From a virus: 64,000 nt of DNA. The position numbers were made by a program, and so were the translations under genes. Positions within the stretch are counted from its first letter, which is position 1. Each line of letters opens with the position of its first letter. The stretch lies in IMG/VR virus record IMGVR_UViG_3300044844_000928, one strand, 5' to 3'. Of this stretch, positions 20,081-30,418 are shown in pieces. A model generated the notes under the pieces. The model was not told the DNA's origin and ran no database searches. It worked only from the letters and a program-made list of their open reading frames with translations.

Positions 20081-20574
20081 ATGTATATTTAGATTTAGAT
20101 GGGGTTATGGCTAATTTTGACGGTGCGGTTGAATCATTAGTTAATATGCCAACAAAAGAATTTTTCGCTGAGTTAGGTATGAAAAACGCATGGGCAAGGT
20201 TAGCTGAAGTTGACCATTTGTTTTTACATTTAGAGCCTTTACCTAATTACAAAACGCTATTTTCACACCTATTGCGATTACATAATTCTGGTTCAATCAA
20301 TTTAGAAATTTTAACAAGCTTACCTTTGCCGCATGGTAAATTAGCAACAGCAAAGGCTGATAAAATTGCGTGGGTTAAAAGTAACCTAGATAACGACATC
20401 AAAGTGAATACAGTAATTGGTGGTTCTAAAAAGGCAAAATATGTTAAGGATCCTAGCGATATATTGATTGATGACTTACCTAGAAACATCTCAGCATGGG
20501 AAGCCGCCGGCGGTACTGGTATTCTCTTTAAAAATAATGCTGAAACTATTTTAAAATTAGCAAAAATAATTTAA
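20074..20574 (+). CDS. HAD-family 5'(3')-deoxyribonucleotidase
   Basis: YLDLDGVMANF, ILTS, K..W, LIDD...NI..W..AGG.GI. Confidence 0.9.
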   Translation: MLNVYLDLDGVMANFDGAVESLVNMPTKEFFAELGMKNAWARLAEVDHLFLHLEPLPNYKTLFSHLLRLHNSGSINLEILTSLPLPHGKLATAKADKIAWVKSNLDNDIKVNTVIGGSKKAKYVKDPSDILIDDLPRNISAWEAAGGTGILFKNNAETILKLAKII

Positions 20575-20652
20575 AATAAAGCTTTACTTTTACAAAAATC
20601 ATAGTATAATAGATCTTAATGAAGTTAAACCGTAATTAAATTGGAGTTAAAA

Positions 20653-21936
20653 ATGTCTATATTATCTGTTATCACTGAGTTAAGATCTACTAATTCTAGA
20701 CTTGAAAAAGAAGCTATCCTTAAAAAGCATGTTGATAACTCATTATTGAAATCTGTTATGATTCGTGCGTTAGCATCTCATATCCAGTATTACCAACGCA
20801 AAATTCCAGCCTACTCTACAAACGGTAAAAACGTTGAGTTGATTGAAGCCTTAGAACGTATGAACGATTTGGCTGACCGTAAAGTTACCGGCAACAAAGC
20901 TATCGAATTTTTATCTAATATCCTTTCTGACGTTTCAGCTGATGATGCTAAAGTTATCGAACTAATCATTAAAAAAGATTTAGACTGTGGCGTTTCTACT
21001 CCTACGGTAAACAAAATCTGGAAAGATTTAATTCCTACCTTTGACACTATGTTGTGTACTCCTATGAACGATAAAGTGTTAGCTAAGATGGTTTATCCTG
21101 CTATCGCTCAAAAAAAGCTTGATGGTCTTAGATGTAATGTTGTAGTTAACGCCGGCGCGGTTACTTTTTATTCTCGTAATGGTAAAACTTTTGACCTATT
21201 AGGTAATCTTGAAAAAGAATTTATTGAAGCGGCTAAAGGCGCTGATGTAGTATTTGATGGTGAGTTATTAGTATCAGAAAACGGTGTTGAGCTTGACCGC
21301 CAAACTGGTAACGGGATTTTAAATAAGGCTAACAAAGGCACTATATCTGAAGCTGAAGCGGCTAAAATTACTATGACTATTTGGGATGCTATTCCTTATA
21401 ATAACTGGGTTGAACAAAAAGACCCAACGCCTTATGTTGAAAGATTTGACTATTTGACCACAACAGGGTTAACTGGTAAATTATCAGTTGTCCCTAGTTT
21501 TGTTGTTGATTCATTAGACGAAGCCAGAGCAATTTATGAAGATTATTATGCTCAAGGTTTTGAGGGCATTATCCTTAAATCAATGGAAGCTATTTGGGAA
21601 CCAAAACGTTCGCAATCTCAAATTAAATTTAAAGGCGAAGAAACTACTTCATTAAGAGTAGTCGCTATTCAAGGCGGCGCTGTAGGTTCTAAATATGAAG
21701 GTCAAATTGGTGCGTTATTGTGTGAGTCTGAAGACGGTAAAGTAAAGGTATCGGTTGGTTCAGGTTTAAATGATGACGATAGAAAAAATGGTGATTTCTT
21801 AGGTAAAATTATCGAGGTTAAGTATAACACCAAAATTAAATCTAAGGGTTCTGATACATATTCATTATTCTTACCTAGATACCTTGAAGTACGAATTGAC
21901 CGTGACGAAGCTGATATGTTTGACCACATTAAATAA
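20653..21936 (+). CDS. ATP-dependent DNA ligase (gp30)
   Basis: QKKLDGLR, FDGEL, EGIILK, KFK, VGSG, SLFLP. Confidence 0.97.
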   Translation: MSILSVITELRSTNSRLEKEAILKKHVDNSLLKSVMIRALASHIQYYQRKIPAYSTNGKNVELIEALERMNDLADRKVTGNKAIEFLSNILSDVSADDAKVIELIIKKDLDCGVSTPTVNKIWKDLIPTFDTMLCTPMNDKVLAKMVYPAIAQKKLDGLRCNVVVNAGAVTFYSRNGKTFDLLGNLEKEFIEAAKGADVVFDGELLVSENGVELDRQTGNGILNKANKGTISEAEAAKITMTIWDAIPYNNWVEQKDPTPYVERFDYLTTTGLTGKLSVVPSFVVDSLDEARAIYEDYYAQGFEGIILKSMEAIWEPKRSQSQIKFKGEETTSLRVVAIQGGAVGSKYEGQIGALLCESEDGKVKVSVGSGLNDDDRKNGDFLGKIIEVKYNTKIKSKGSDTYSLFLPRYLEVRIDRDEADMFDHIK

Positions 21937-21948
21937 GGAAAAATTATT

Positions 21949-22272
21949 ATGCAATGGTTTAGTAACAGTAAAGATAAGCAAAAAATTGAAGAATTACACG
22001 CTCTAATCTCGGAACAAAACTCTACGATTAAAATGTTACGGGATAAAATTGATAAATTAGAGGGTAAGCCTAAAATGGAAGAATCTGTCTATAGTTATAG
22101 ACGCCCAAAAAATCGTCCGGTTACAATTTCATCTGAAGACGATTATTTTCCTTCAGCGGTAGCTGCTATCACTGCTATCTATAACGATAGTTCTGATAGT
22201 AGTTCAAGTTCATCTAGTTCGTATGATAGCGGTTCATGCGATTCTAGCAGTTCATCTTCAAGTAGTGATTAA
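21949..22272 (+). CDS. hypothetical protein, coiled coil plus Ser-rich tail
   Basis: SSDSSSSSSSSYDSGSCDSSSSSSSD. Confidence 0.65.
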   Translation: MQWFSNSKDKQKIEELHALISEQNSTIKMLRDKIDKLEGKPKMEESVYSYRRPKNRPVTISSEDDYFPSAVAAITAIYNDSSDSSSSSSSSYDSGSCDSSSSSSSSD

Positions 22273-22284
22273 AATAGGTATATT

Positions 22285-22896
22285 ATGAACGAATTACATG
22301 TTGCGGTTTCTGGGTTAGCGGGCGCGGGTAAATCTAGTCTTGCTGTTTTTATTTCTGATTATTTAGAGCAAGAGGGGTTCACGGTTGAATTAAACCTTGC
22401 TGATGTTGATGAGTCAACTCTTAGACGATCAGTTTATCCTGCTATAAATCATATATCTAAAGTGACTAAGGTTCTTATCAAAGAAGAGCAATTGCGTAGA
22501 AATACAGCAATTCTTGAGCCATTTGATATTAGTTTTTCTGAAGATAATAAAAAGATTCTTATTCGCAGAAGCGATGTAACTATCAAGGTCAAGCATAAAC
22601 ATTTAGATTTATTTTTATCGATGTTAAAGCTACATATTAATGAAGTGTTACTGCCGTCTGATGAAACATACAGCGGTAAACTTAGCGTGATGAAACGAGA
22701 CGAAAGTTTAGATACCGTAGTGTGTAAACATGGTATGCCATGGACTTCAAAATATGCTATTGTTCAAACCTATAAAGAAACTAATTATTGGAAATTGTAT
22801 GGGTTAGAAGATGGTATTTATATTGCAACGGATACTGTTAATGATATTCCACATTTAATTGGATTACTTGAACAAATAAAAGAGGATTTAAGATGA
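22285..22896 (+). CDS. hypothetical protein with N-terminal P-loop
   Basis: VSGLAGAGKSS. Confidence 0.6.
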   Translation: MNELHVAVSGLAGAGKSSLAVFISDYLEQEGFTVELNLADVDESTLRRSVYPAINHISKVTKVLIKEEQLRRNTAILEPFDISFSEDNKKILIRRSDVTIKVKHKHLDLFLSMLKLHINEVLLPSDETYSGKLSVMKRDESLDTVVCKHGMPWTSKYAIVQTYKETNYWKLYGLEDGIYIATDTVNDIPHLIGLLEQIKEDLR

Positions 22897-22995
22897 TTAT
22901 TTTAATTGCTGTAATTAGCGGTATTTTGATTGGAAGTTGGATTTTGGTTAACGATTCATGAACAGTTATTTTCTGTGCATTAAATGTATCACGTT

Positions 22996-23664
22996 CTAAT
23001 AGTACTGCTTAAATTCAGGATAATATCTAGAAAGATGTGATTTACCATAAGTCTTTCTATTTTCAATTATTGAAAAAAATTCTGGTTTAGAGACACCCGT
23101 CATAGTAGCAGATCGTTTAGCATTAGATTCTTCTAATTGAGGTTTTCTAGGTTTACCTTTGTTAGCTGCAGATATTTTGTCTTTAGTTTCTTCTGATTGA
23201 GGACCACGTTTTTTGCCTGTTAGAGTAGCAGATATTTTGGCTTTGGTTTCATCTGATCTAGGCTTACGCATTTTAGCTTTAGTTTTTTCTGTGTGTTTTT
23301 TACCTTTATGTGCAACAGACATTTTGAGTTTAGTTTCTTCTGTATGTTTCACACTTCCGCCATCTAATCCATTTTCTGGTTTTTGGTTCGCCCATTCTTT
23401 AGATTTGACGATATCGTTATCAGCAGAAAATTTTAAGGCAACCTCGACAATTGATGTGTCGTGATACAAGTCAGAAACCCAAAGAGTAACGATGTGTTCT
23501 TTACCATGTTTATTGATGTGTCTAGACCAGTGCTTACCAGAACCATTGTATGTATATGGATTTGTTTTTGTGGTCTTACCAAAATATTTCTTTTTGGTGA
23601 TGGAGTGTTGTTTGATGTAGAGATATGTGGGTGTGATAGGAGTATAAATACTTGTGCTGGTCAT
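22996..23664 (-). mobile_element. free-standing GIY-YIG homing endonuclease with NUMOD3 repeats (Seg-like)
   Basis: YLYIK.H.....YFGKT....Y.GSG..W; NQKPENGLDGG; repeated H(T/S)EETK.K(M/I)S; antisense to neighbours. Confidence 0.9.
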
Positions 23665-24076
23665 GATAGTTTTACCTTAAATTGTCATTGGAATGATTAG
23701 TGCTACTGGATGCTGGTAACATCGCGAGTAGCTTTTTTTGTACAAAATATTTAGTAAAAATAAATCTTTACTTTTTATAAAAATAGATATAATAGAGTTT
23801 AATTAAGTTAAATTATTGAGAGAATTATAATGGGAATGTTTGGTAAAAATAAAAGCGAAAGAATTAGAGATTTAGAAAATGATGTCGCTAATTTGCATGT
23901 CAAATTTGATAATGCAAAACGTCAAAATATAATCCTCGAGCGTCAAATTGAAAATTTACAAATTGCACTTGAGTACAAAGATAAAATTAAAGTATATTTG
24001 CCGAAATCAGCAGCTAAAAATGTTCCGGTTCAACTAACAAATTATGAATTCAATATCTCTACACAATAGGAATTAA

Positions 24077-24538
24077 ATGAAAAAACTATTATTAGTTGTA
24101 TTATTGCTGCCGTCACTTGCCTGGGCTGATGGTTTACCAAACGCTAAATTAACCGCCGGCGCGTTAAATCCAAACGTCACAACGGGTAATATTAAGTCAA
24201 CTATTTGTGTTCCTAATTATACTGCTACAATTCGACCTTCTTCTTATTATACTAATAAGCTGAAGTTGAAACAAATTAAAGAATATGGGTATGTTGATAA
24301 AGACCCTAAGCATTACGAGGAAGACCATCTTATTCCATTATCGGTAGGTGGCGCAACTTCTGACCCAGCTAACCTTTGGCCAGAGCCTAGATATGGTGTG
24401 AATCACGCGGCTAAAAAAGATGTGTTAGAAGCATGGGCACATAGGGCGGTTTGTAAAGGTACATTAGATTTGAAAACCGCCCAAGATATGTTTGCTACTG
24501 ATTGGGTAGCTGGGTATAACAAATACATTAGAAAATAG
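24077..24538 (+). CDS. signal-peptide-bearing HNH-like protein
   Basis: MKKLLLVVLLLPSLAWA signal peptide; YEEDHLIPLSVGG......NLWPEP. Confidence 0.75.
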   Translation: MKKLLLVVLLLPSLAWADGLPNAKLTAGALNPNVTTGNIKSTICVPNYTATIRPSSYYTNKLKLKQIKEYGYVDKDPKHYEEDHLIPLSVGGATSDPANLWPEPRYGVNHAAKKDVLEAWAHRAVCKGTLDLKTAQDMFATDWVAGYNKYIRK

Positions 24539-24548
24539 GAAATAAATT

Positions 24549-24968
24549 ATGATTAATAGCAGAGACCTTAATGACTTACATCCAAAAGTTAAAGCAATGG
24601 CTGAAAAGTTTTTAGCAAAGTGTAAAGAACATGGATTAGATATTTTGGTTACATCAACATATCGTGATAATGAAAGCCAAAACGCCTTATATGCGCAAGG
24701 TAGAACCACAGCGGGTAAAAAAGTCACTAATGCTAAAGCTGGTCAATCTTGGCATAATTATAGATTAGCGCTGGACTTTGTTCCTATTGTTAATGGTAAG
24801 GCGCAATGGGCAGACACAGCGGCGTTTACTAAAGCCGGTCATATTGCTAAAGAAGTAGGATTTGAATGGGCGGGTGATTGGGTTAAGTTTAAAGAATTAG
24901 CGCATATTCAGTTCACAAACGGGTTAACCTTAAAGGATCTTCAAGCCGGTAAAACTATCGATGGCTAA
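24549..24968 (+). CDS. endolysin, M15 family L-Ala-D-Glu peptidase
   Basis: TYR...Q..LYAQGRT..G..VTNAK.GQS.HNY.LA.D...W.GDW....E..H.Q. Confidence 0.93.
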   Translation: MINSRDLNDLHPKVKAMAEKFLAKCKEHGLDILVTSTYRDNESQNALYAQGRTTAGKKVTNAKAGQSWHNYRLALDFVPIVNGKAQWADTAAFTKAGHIAKEVGFEWAGDWVKFKELAHIQFTNGLTLKDLQAGKTIDG

Positions 24969-25119
24969 TACCTTAATTGGAAAAAAGGCGTATGTCAAAT
25001 CCTCAGATGCGCCGTTATTGTGTTCAGGATCAGTAAAAGTTGTCATTGTTTATGCGAATTTGACAATAGATACTATTGATGTTTGCCGTTTAACATTAGT
25101 CGAGCCGTTTTAACTCACC

Positions 25120-25147
25120 AAAGCCAGCCTAACAAGCTGGCTTTTTT
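25120..25147 (+). terminator. intrinsic terminator
   Basis: aaagccagc-ctaacaa-gctggcttttt. Confidence 0.85.
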
Positions 25148-25228
25148 ATTAAAAATAATTTTAAAAAAAGCTTTACTTTTACATTTGCATACGGTATAAT
25201 TAGGTGAAATTAAAATTTGGAGGTTAAA

Positions 25229-25735
25229 ATGTGTATCGTTGAAATGGCTTTAGAATTTGCTACTACTAAACATTTTGGGCAAGTTAGAAAGGTAACTGGA
25301 AATCCTTATATATCTCACCCTATTCATGTTGCGGGGTTATTACCAAAATATAAAACTTCAAAACGTATGGAAGAACTAAAGGTAGCTTGTTTGCTACATG
25401 ATACAATTGAAGATACTGATACCACGTTATCTGAAATAACTTCGTTGTTTGGTTCTTTTGTTGCCAGTCTTGTCGAGGAATTGACTTCTGACAATAAAGA
25501 AATTAAGCGGGTTGGAAAAGTTGTTTATTTGAAAAATAAAATGGTGGGAATGTCAAGCTACGGTTTGACCTTAAAATTGTTGGATAGATTATCCAATATT
25601 AGCGATGCGCCTAAACCTTCTTATGTTGAAGATACCATAGATATGATGAAATTCATATTTGAAAATAGAAAAATTAACGCGACGCAAGCTAGAATTATGA
25701 CTGATATTTTAACAATTTGTGAAGGAACATTATGA
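25229..25735 (+). CDS. HD-domain (p)ppGpp hydrolase-like protein (SpoT/Mesh1 type)
   Basis: H.GQ.RK....PYI.HP..VA; LLHDTIEDT; FG..VA.LV.ELT; KL.DRL.N. Confidence 0.9.
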   Translation: MCIVEMALEFATTKHFGQVRKVTGNPYISHPIHVAGLLPKYKTSKRMEELKVACLLHDTIEDTDTTLSEITSLFGSFVASLVEELTSDNKEIKRVGKVVYLKNKMVGMSSYGLTLKLLDRLSNISDAPKPSYVEDTIDMMKFIFENRKINATQARIMTDILTICEGTL

Positions 25736-26325
25736 CAGCAAGAAATAATTATGTAGACAATGTAAAATTTTATGAAGAAATTGTCAAAAGGAAAGCCGCC
25801 TTAAAAGAAGCCGAAGAAAAGGGTTTACCTAAACCAAAGATTAATGATTACCTTGGAAAATGTATAACTGATATTGCCACCAATTTTGCTAAAAGACCGC
25901 TATATTACGGGCGTTCGTATAAAGATGAAATGATACAAGACGCCATAGTAAACTGTATAAGATATTTTGATACGTTTGACCCTGAAAGAACACAAAACCC
26001 ATTTTCGTATTTTTCACAGTGTTGCTACTATTCTTTTCTTGCCACAATCGTAAAAGAACGCGACCAAGCCTATACTAGAAGCGAAATGGCAAAAAATATT
26101 AATGTGGAAAAATATTCCAGCCAAGAACACGATAATAAAGAAGTTGTAAACGAATATCTTGAATATTTGAATTCCTTACAAAAATCAGATTATTCAAAAT
26201 ATTATGAGAAAAAACCAAAATTAAAACGTGAACACATTAATGAATTATCTAAATTTATGGAATCAGATATTGACTTATTTGATGTTGTCGATGACATTAA
26301 TGAACCAGAAAATTTAATTGGCTAA
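25732..26325 (+). CDS. late transcription sigma factor gp55
   Basis: YVDN..F, YLG.CI..IA, EMI.DAI.NC..Y...FDP....NPFSYF.Q. Confidence 0.95.
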   Translation: MTARNNYVDNVKFYEEIVKRKAALKEAEEKGLPKPKINDYLGKCITDIATNFAKRPLYYGRSYKDEMIQDAIVNCIRYFDTFDPERTQNPFSYFSQCCYYSFLATIVKERDQAYTRSEMAKNINVEKYSSQEHDNKEVVNEYLEYLNSLQKSDYSKYYEKKPKLKREHINELSKFMESDIDLFDVVDDINEPENLIG

Positions 26326-26334
26326 AAGGATATT

Positions 26335-27390
26335 ATGAAAATATGCTGGCTTGGTGACGTTCACGTAGGCGTTAGAAATAACTCTACAAACTTCCATAAA
26401 CATTCTGAAAAATTCTTTTCAAATGTGTTTTTCCCTTACCTTAAAGAACATAATATAACCACGATTATCCAACTTGGTGACTTATTTGATAGCAGAAAAG
26501 CAATAAACCTGTTATCTTTATATGAAGCCAAACGGGTTATATTTGACCCAATGAAAGCTAACAATATGACTTTCTATACCTTATTAGGAAATCATGATAT
26601 TTATTATAGAGAATCTCTTCAGGTTAACTCAACAGCGCTATTGCTTAATGAGTATTCAAATGTGTATATTTTTGATGAACCAACAGCAGTAGAATTTGCC
26701 GGCTTAAAAATTGATTTTATCCCATGGGTGTGTAACGATAATAAGGCTGAAGTTGCGTCCTTTGTATCTAACTCAAAGTCTGATTATTGCGTAGGGCATT
26801 TTGGGTTTACCGGCTTTCAAATGTATAAAGGAGTTGATGCTCACGACGGGTATCCTGTTGATATGTATGCTAGGTATAAATTGGTTGTATCAGGGCACTA
26901 TCATACAAAATCAGTAAAAGGGAATATCCTTTATACCGGAACTCCATATGATACTACATGGTCTGACTTCAACGACCCTAAAGGTTTTTGGATATTCGAT
27001 ACTGATACCGGTGAAACTCAGTTTATTCAAAATCCTTATACCATATTTGAGAAACTTGAATATGATGATACGGTTACAGATTACTCTAAATTTGACGTGT
27101 CAACTCTAACCGAGAAATATGTCAAATTGATTATCGTGAACAAAAACGATTTATTTGGATATGATAATTTTTTGAAACGGCTATATAGCGCCGGCTGTTA
27201 TGACATTAAAATTATCGAGGATATGTCTGAGTTTTCTAACGGTAATATCGACGAAAAGATTGACCTAGCTGACACTAAACAAATACTATCAGATTACATC
27301 GATAATGTTGATACAGATATGGATAAAGAAAGCGTGAAGAATTTGATGAATAGTTTGTTTTTAGAAGCTGTTAATGTTTCGTTGACATAG
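26335..27390 (+). CDS. recombination endonuclease subunit gp47 (Mre11/SbcD-like)
   Basis: GDVHVG, LGDLFD, GNHD, SGHYH; upstream of gp46. Confidence 0.96.
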   Translation: MKICWLGDVHVGVRNNSTNFHKHSEKFFSNVFFPYLKEHNITTIIQLGDLFDSRKAINLLSLYEAKRVIFDPMKANNMTFYTLLGNHDIYYRESLQVNSTALLLNEYSNVYIFDEPTAVEFAGLKIDFIPWVCNDNKAEVASFVSNSKSDYCVGHFGFTGFQMYKGVDAHDGYPVDMYARYKLVVSGHYHTKSVKGNILYTGTPYDTTWSDFNDPKGFWIFDTDTGETQFIQNPYTIFEKLEYDDTVTDYSKFDVSTLTEKYVKLIIVNKNDLFGYDNFLKRLYSAGCYDIKIIEDMSEFSNGNIDEKIDLADTKQILSDYIDNVDTDMDKESVKNLMNSLFLEAVNVSLT

Positions 27391-27398
27391 GGGATAAG

Positions 27399-29114
27399 AT
27401 GCTTAATTTTAAGACAATAAGATGGAGAAACTTCTTATCGACCGGCAACCAATTTAATGAAATTAGATTAGATACCGGTAAGCAAACATTAATCGTAGGC
27501 GGTAATGGAAATGGCAAATCATCTGTACTTTGTGCTTTAACCTTTGCTCTATTCGGTAAACCATTTAGAAACATCAGTAAGGGCGGTTTGGTTAATAGTA
27601 TTAATCAGAAAAACTGTGTCGTTGAGATTGAGTTTGAAGAGGGCGGCGCTTACTATAAAGTTGTTCGTGGCATTAAGCCTAACACCTTTGAGATTTATCG
27701 TAATGATGAACTAATCAATCAAGATTCTGCTGTTAAGGATTATCAGGTTGTTTTAGAGCAACAGATTCTTAAGATGAATATGAAAACGTTTACACAGGTC
27801 GTTATTCTTGGTTCAGCTACCTTTACACCGTTTATGAAAATGGGTTCAAGTCAGCGTAGAGAGATTATTGAAGATATTCTGGATATTCGTATCTTTTCTA
27901 TAATGAATCAACTATTAAAAGAGCGGCTATCTAAAACTAAAGAAGAACTGACCTATATTGAATCAGCATTAAAAATTGCTAAAAATAAGGTTGAATCGCA
28001 GCAAAGAATTATAGCACATTTAGAAGTCAATAAGCAGTCTGAAATTGATGCTATTAAAGCGAATATCAAAGAAGATACAACTACAGTAGAAAATCGGCAG
28101 GCAAAAATAGCGGCGGCTCAAGCTATAATTGATGGGTTAACTCCTTCAGTTTTAGAAAAAGATGCGGTTAATGCTAAACTTAAAAGTCTTAACAATACAA
28201 TGAGAAAGGTTAAGCATGAGATTGATACCTTAGATAAATCGATTGTGTTCTTTAATGAAAACGCAAGCTGTCCTTCCTGTCAGCAAAATATTCCACATAC
28301 ACATTCCGGCGGCGTATTAAGCGATTTAGAATCTAGTAAAAAGGATATGAATGATTTGTTTATTCAGTCTGGAACGGAATACCAAGAACAGGAAAAAAGG
28401 TTAGCTGGGATAATCGAAACTGAGAAAGATATTGTTACAGCTAGAAATGATGTTAGAGGTTTACAATCTGAAATAAATGTGATTGAGTCCAGGATAACAA
28501 AACTCAACCAATCTTTATTGGAATCTGTTAACTCGACTCAAAATATCGAAGCTGAGAAAAATACACTTAAAGATTTGGTTGAAGAAGCTATTAGGCTAAT
28601 AAACCGCAAAAAGATATTGGTTGAGCAAAAGGGTGTTGAAGATGTAGGGGTATTATTGCTGAAAGACGGCGGTATTAAAACGGCTATCATTCGTGAGTAT
28701 TTACCACTGATGAATACCTTAATCAACAAATATCTTGCTGTTATGGATTTCTATTGTGACTTTAACTTAGATGAGCAATTTAACGAGGTTATCAAGTCAA
28801 GATATAGAGATACTATGACATATGATAATTTTTCTGAGGGTGAAAAATCTAGAATTGATTTAGCGCTTTTATTTGCTTGGAGAGAAATTGCTAAACTTAA
28901 GAATTCTGCTAATACGAATCTTTTAATATTAGATGAGATATTAGATGGAAGTTTGGATTTTGAGGGCAGCGATAGTTCGTTCAAACTGATTGAGAATTTA
29001 AAGGGCGTATCGGTATTTGTTATTTCGCATAACGAAGCTAACCGTGAACGGTTCACCTCTACGTTAAAAATTGAGAAACAAAATGACTTTTCAATCATAG
29101 TACAAAACGATTAA
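27399..29114 (+). CDS. recombination ATPase subunit gp46 (Rad50/SbcC-like)
   Basis: GGNGNGKS, CPSC zinc hook, FSEGEK, LILDE. Confidence 0.97.
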   Translation: MLNFKTIRWRNFLSTGNQFNEIRLDTGKQTLIVGGNGNGKSSVLCALTFALFGKPFRNISKGGLVNSINQKNCVVEIEFEEGGAYYKVVRGIKPNTFEIYRNDELINQDSAVKDYQVVLEQQILKMNMKTFTQVVILGSATFTPFMKMGSSQRREIIEDILDIRIFSIMNQLLKERLSKTKEELTYIESALKIAKNKVESQQRIIAHLEVNKQSEIDAIKANIKEDTTTVENRQAKIAAAQAIIDGLTPSVLEKDAVNAKLKSLNNTMRKVKHEIDTLDKSIVFFNENASCPSCQQNIPHTHSGGVLSDLESSKKDMNDLFIQSGTEYQEQEKRLAGIIETEKDIVTARNDVRGLQSEINVIESRITKLNQSLLESVNSTQNIEAEKNTLKDLVEEAIRLINRKKILVEQKGVEDVGVLLLKDGGIKTAIIREYLPLMNTLINKYLAVMDFYCDFNLDEQFNEVIKSRYRDTMTYDNFSEGEKSRIDLALLFAWREIAKLKNSANTNLLILDEILDGSLDFEGSDSSFKLIENLKGVSVFVISHNEANRERFTSTLKIEKQNDFSIIVQND

Positions 29115-29157
29115 TATGTTGACGCCCAGAACCAAATAGGAACTGGGCGTCATATTA
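29112..29157. terminator. hairpin between convergent genes (probable bidirectional terminator)
   Basis: tgacgcccag...ctgggcgtca stem with taatatg/tatta extension. Confidence 0.75.
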
Positions 29158-30411
29158 TCAACTATCTTTTGAGTTAAGTTTAGCGTAATCCTTATTAAGC
29201 ACAGTGTCAATCAACTCAATGTAATCCATACCGGTAAATACAGCCTGACAAGGTTCAGCAACGTGTATAATGCCATCTGCCTTTCTATCAACAAATCCCG
29301 CGTAACCTAGTTTTCGTAACAGATTTCCCCATTGTCTAGAGCCGGCTTTAATTTCTGCTGTATCTAACGTAGGCGCTTGAATTTGTCTATGATGCCCGTC
29401 TTTAGCAAACATAACATCACTGGTAAATCTTCTGACATTAGGATCTATCCCATAATTAGACAACCAACGGGTTACATTCCAGAAACAAGTTGCTGGTGAT
29501 GGGTTGCGAGTTTTTTCTGTAGCGGCATTAATTATATCATCAACATTAAATAGAGAATTATTGTATGCGTCTTGAAGCGGTTTTAGTTCCCTATAAATAG
29601 CCGGCTTGTTTACGTTAATTTCCCATGTACGATATTTGTCTGAGTTTCTTATAGCATCTTCAATTTCATATTCAAGTTCATCTGCACTCACAAAAAGAAT
29701 TGCCATACGGCGAGGTGGTTCAATATGGTAAAGTTCAAATTTCTTACTAAACTTATCCCAATTTGAATCAGATTTTTTATCTTTCATATACACTTTACCG
29801 GCTTTCAGTATATCATCAAAAATAGGCTTAGTTCTAGGACTATTTTTGATTGTTATGCCGCGACGAACTTTACCTGAACCAAACACAGTATCCAAAAGGT
29901 GAGTTATATTGACGACATTGCCTTCTTCAAAATCATCTGGAATTTCTAATTTGTGTTTAAAAATGCCTTTAACTAAAGCATTCCATGCTTTTGATGTATC
30001 AGTTTTAGACTGAATATCCTTATAGATTGTTCTCAACTTACGCATATCAGAATCATAATCTGCGCTTGTATAATCCTTTTTTAAATCGTTGACTAATTTA
30101 CCTTTGCCGTTCCATTTGAATAATTGAATATATGCTCTATCAGAACCAAATGGTAACACAGATAAAGATTTTGCTTTATCCACGTTATAAAGATTCCAAA
30201 CTTGTTTTAGCGGGTAAGCGTATACACCGACTGGTGTTTCAAATCCAGATAAAGGGTTAATACCAAGTTTGTTCAAATTGGTAAAATGTATAAATGCGTT
30301 ATCGTCATCTTTATACGGTAACAATGCTTCGTATGCTGAGATTCTAGGGTTCATCTCAGGGTTTTTTCTGGCTTCGTCGAGCTGTTCTCTAAACTGTTTA
30401 AAGTTAATCAT
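29158..30411 (-). CDS. CTS-like putative internal head protein of unknown function
   Basis: MINFKQFREQLDEA; KLGINP.S...TP.G.YAYP; LRKLGY.GF.D...GIIH..EP.QAVF. Confidence 0.7.
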   Translation of the reverse strand: MINFKQFREQLDEARKNPEMNPRISAYEALLPYKDDDNAFIHFTNLNKLGINPLSGFETPVGVYAYPLKQVWNLYNVDKAKSLSVLPFGSDRAYIQLFKWNGKGKLVNDLKKDYTSADYDSDMRKLRTIYKDIQSKTDTSKAWNALVKGIFKHKLEIPDDFEEGNVVNITHLLDTVFGSGKVRRGITIKNSPRTKPIFDDILKAGKVYMKDKKSDSNWDKFSKKFELYHIEPPRRMAILFVSADELEYEIEDAIRNSDKYRTWEINVNKPAIYRELKPLQDAYNNSLFNVDDIINAATEKTRNPSPATCFWNVTRWLSNYGIDPNVRRFTSDVMFAKDGHHRQIQAPTLDTAEIKAGSRQWGNLLRKLGYAGFVDRKADGIIHVAEPCQAVFTGMDYIELIDTVLNKDYAKLNSKDS

Positions 30412-30418
30412 ATTTTTC

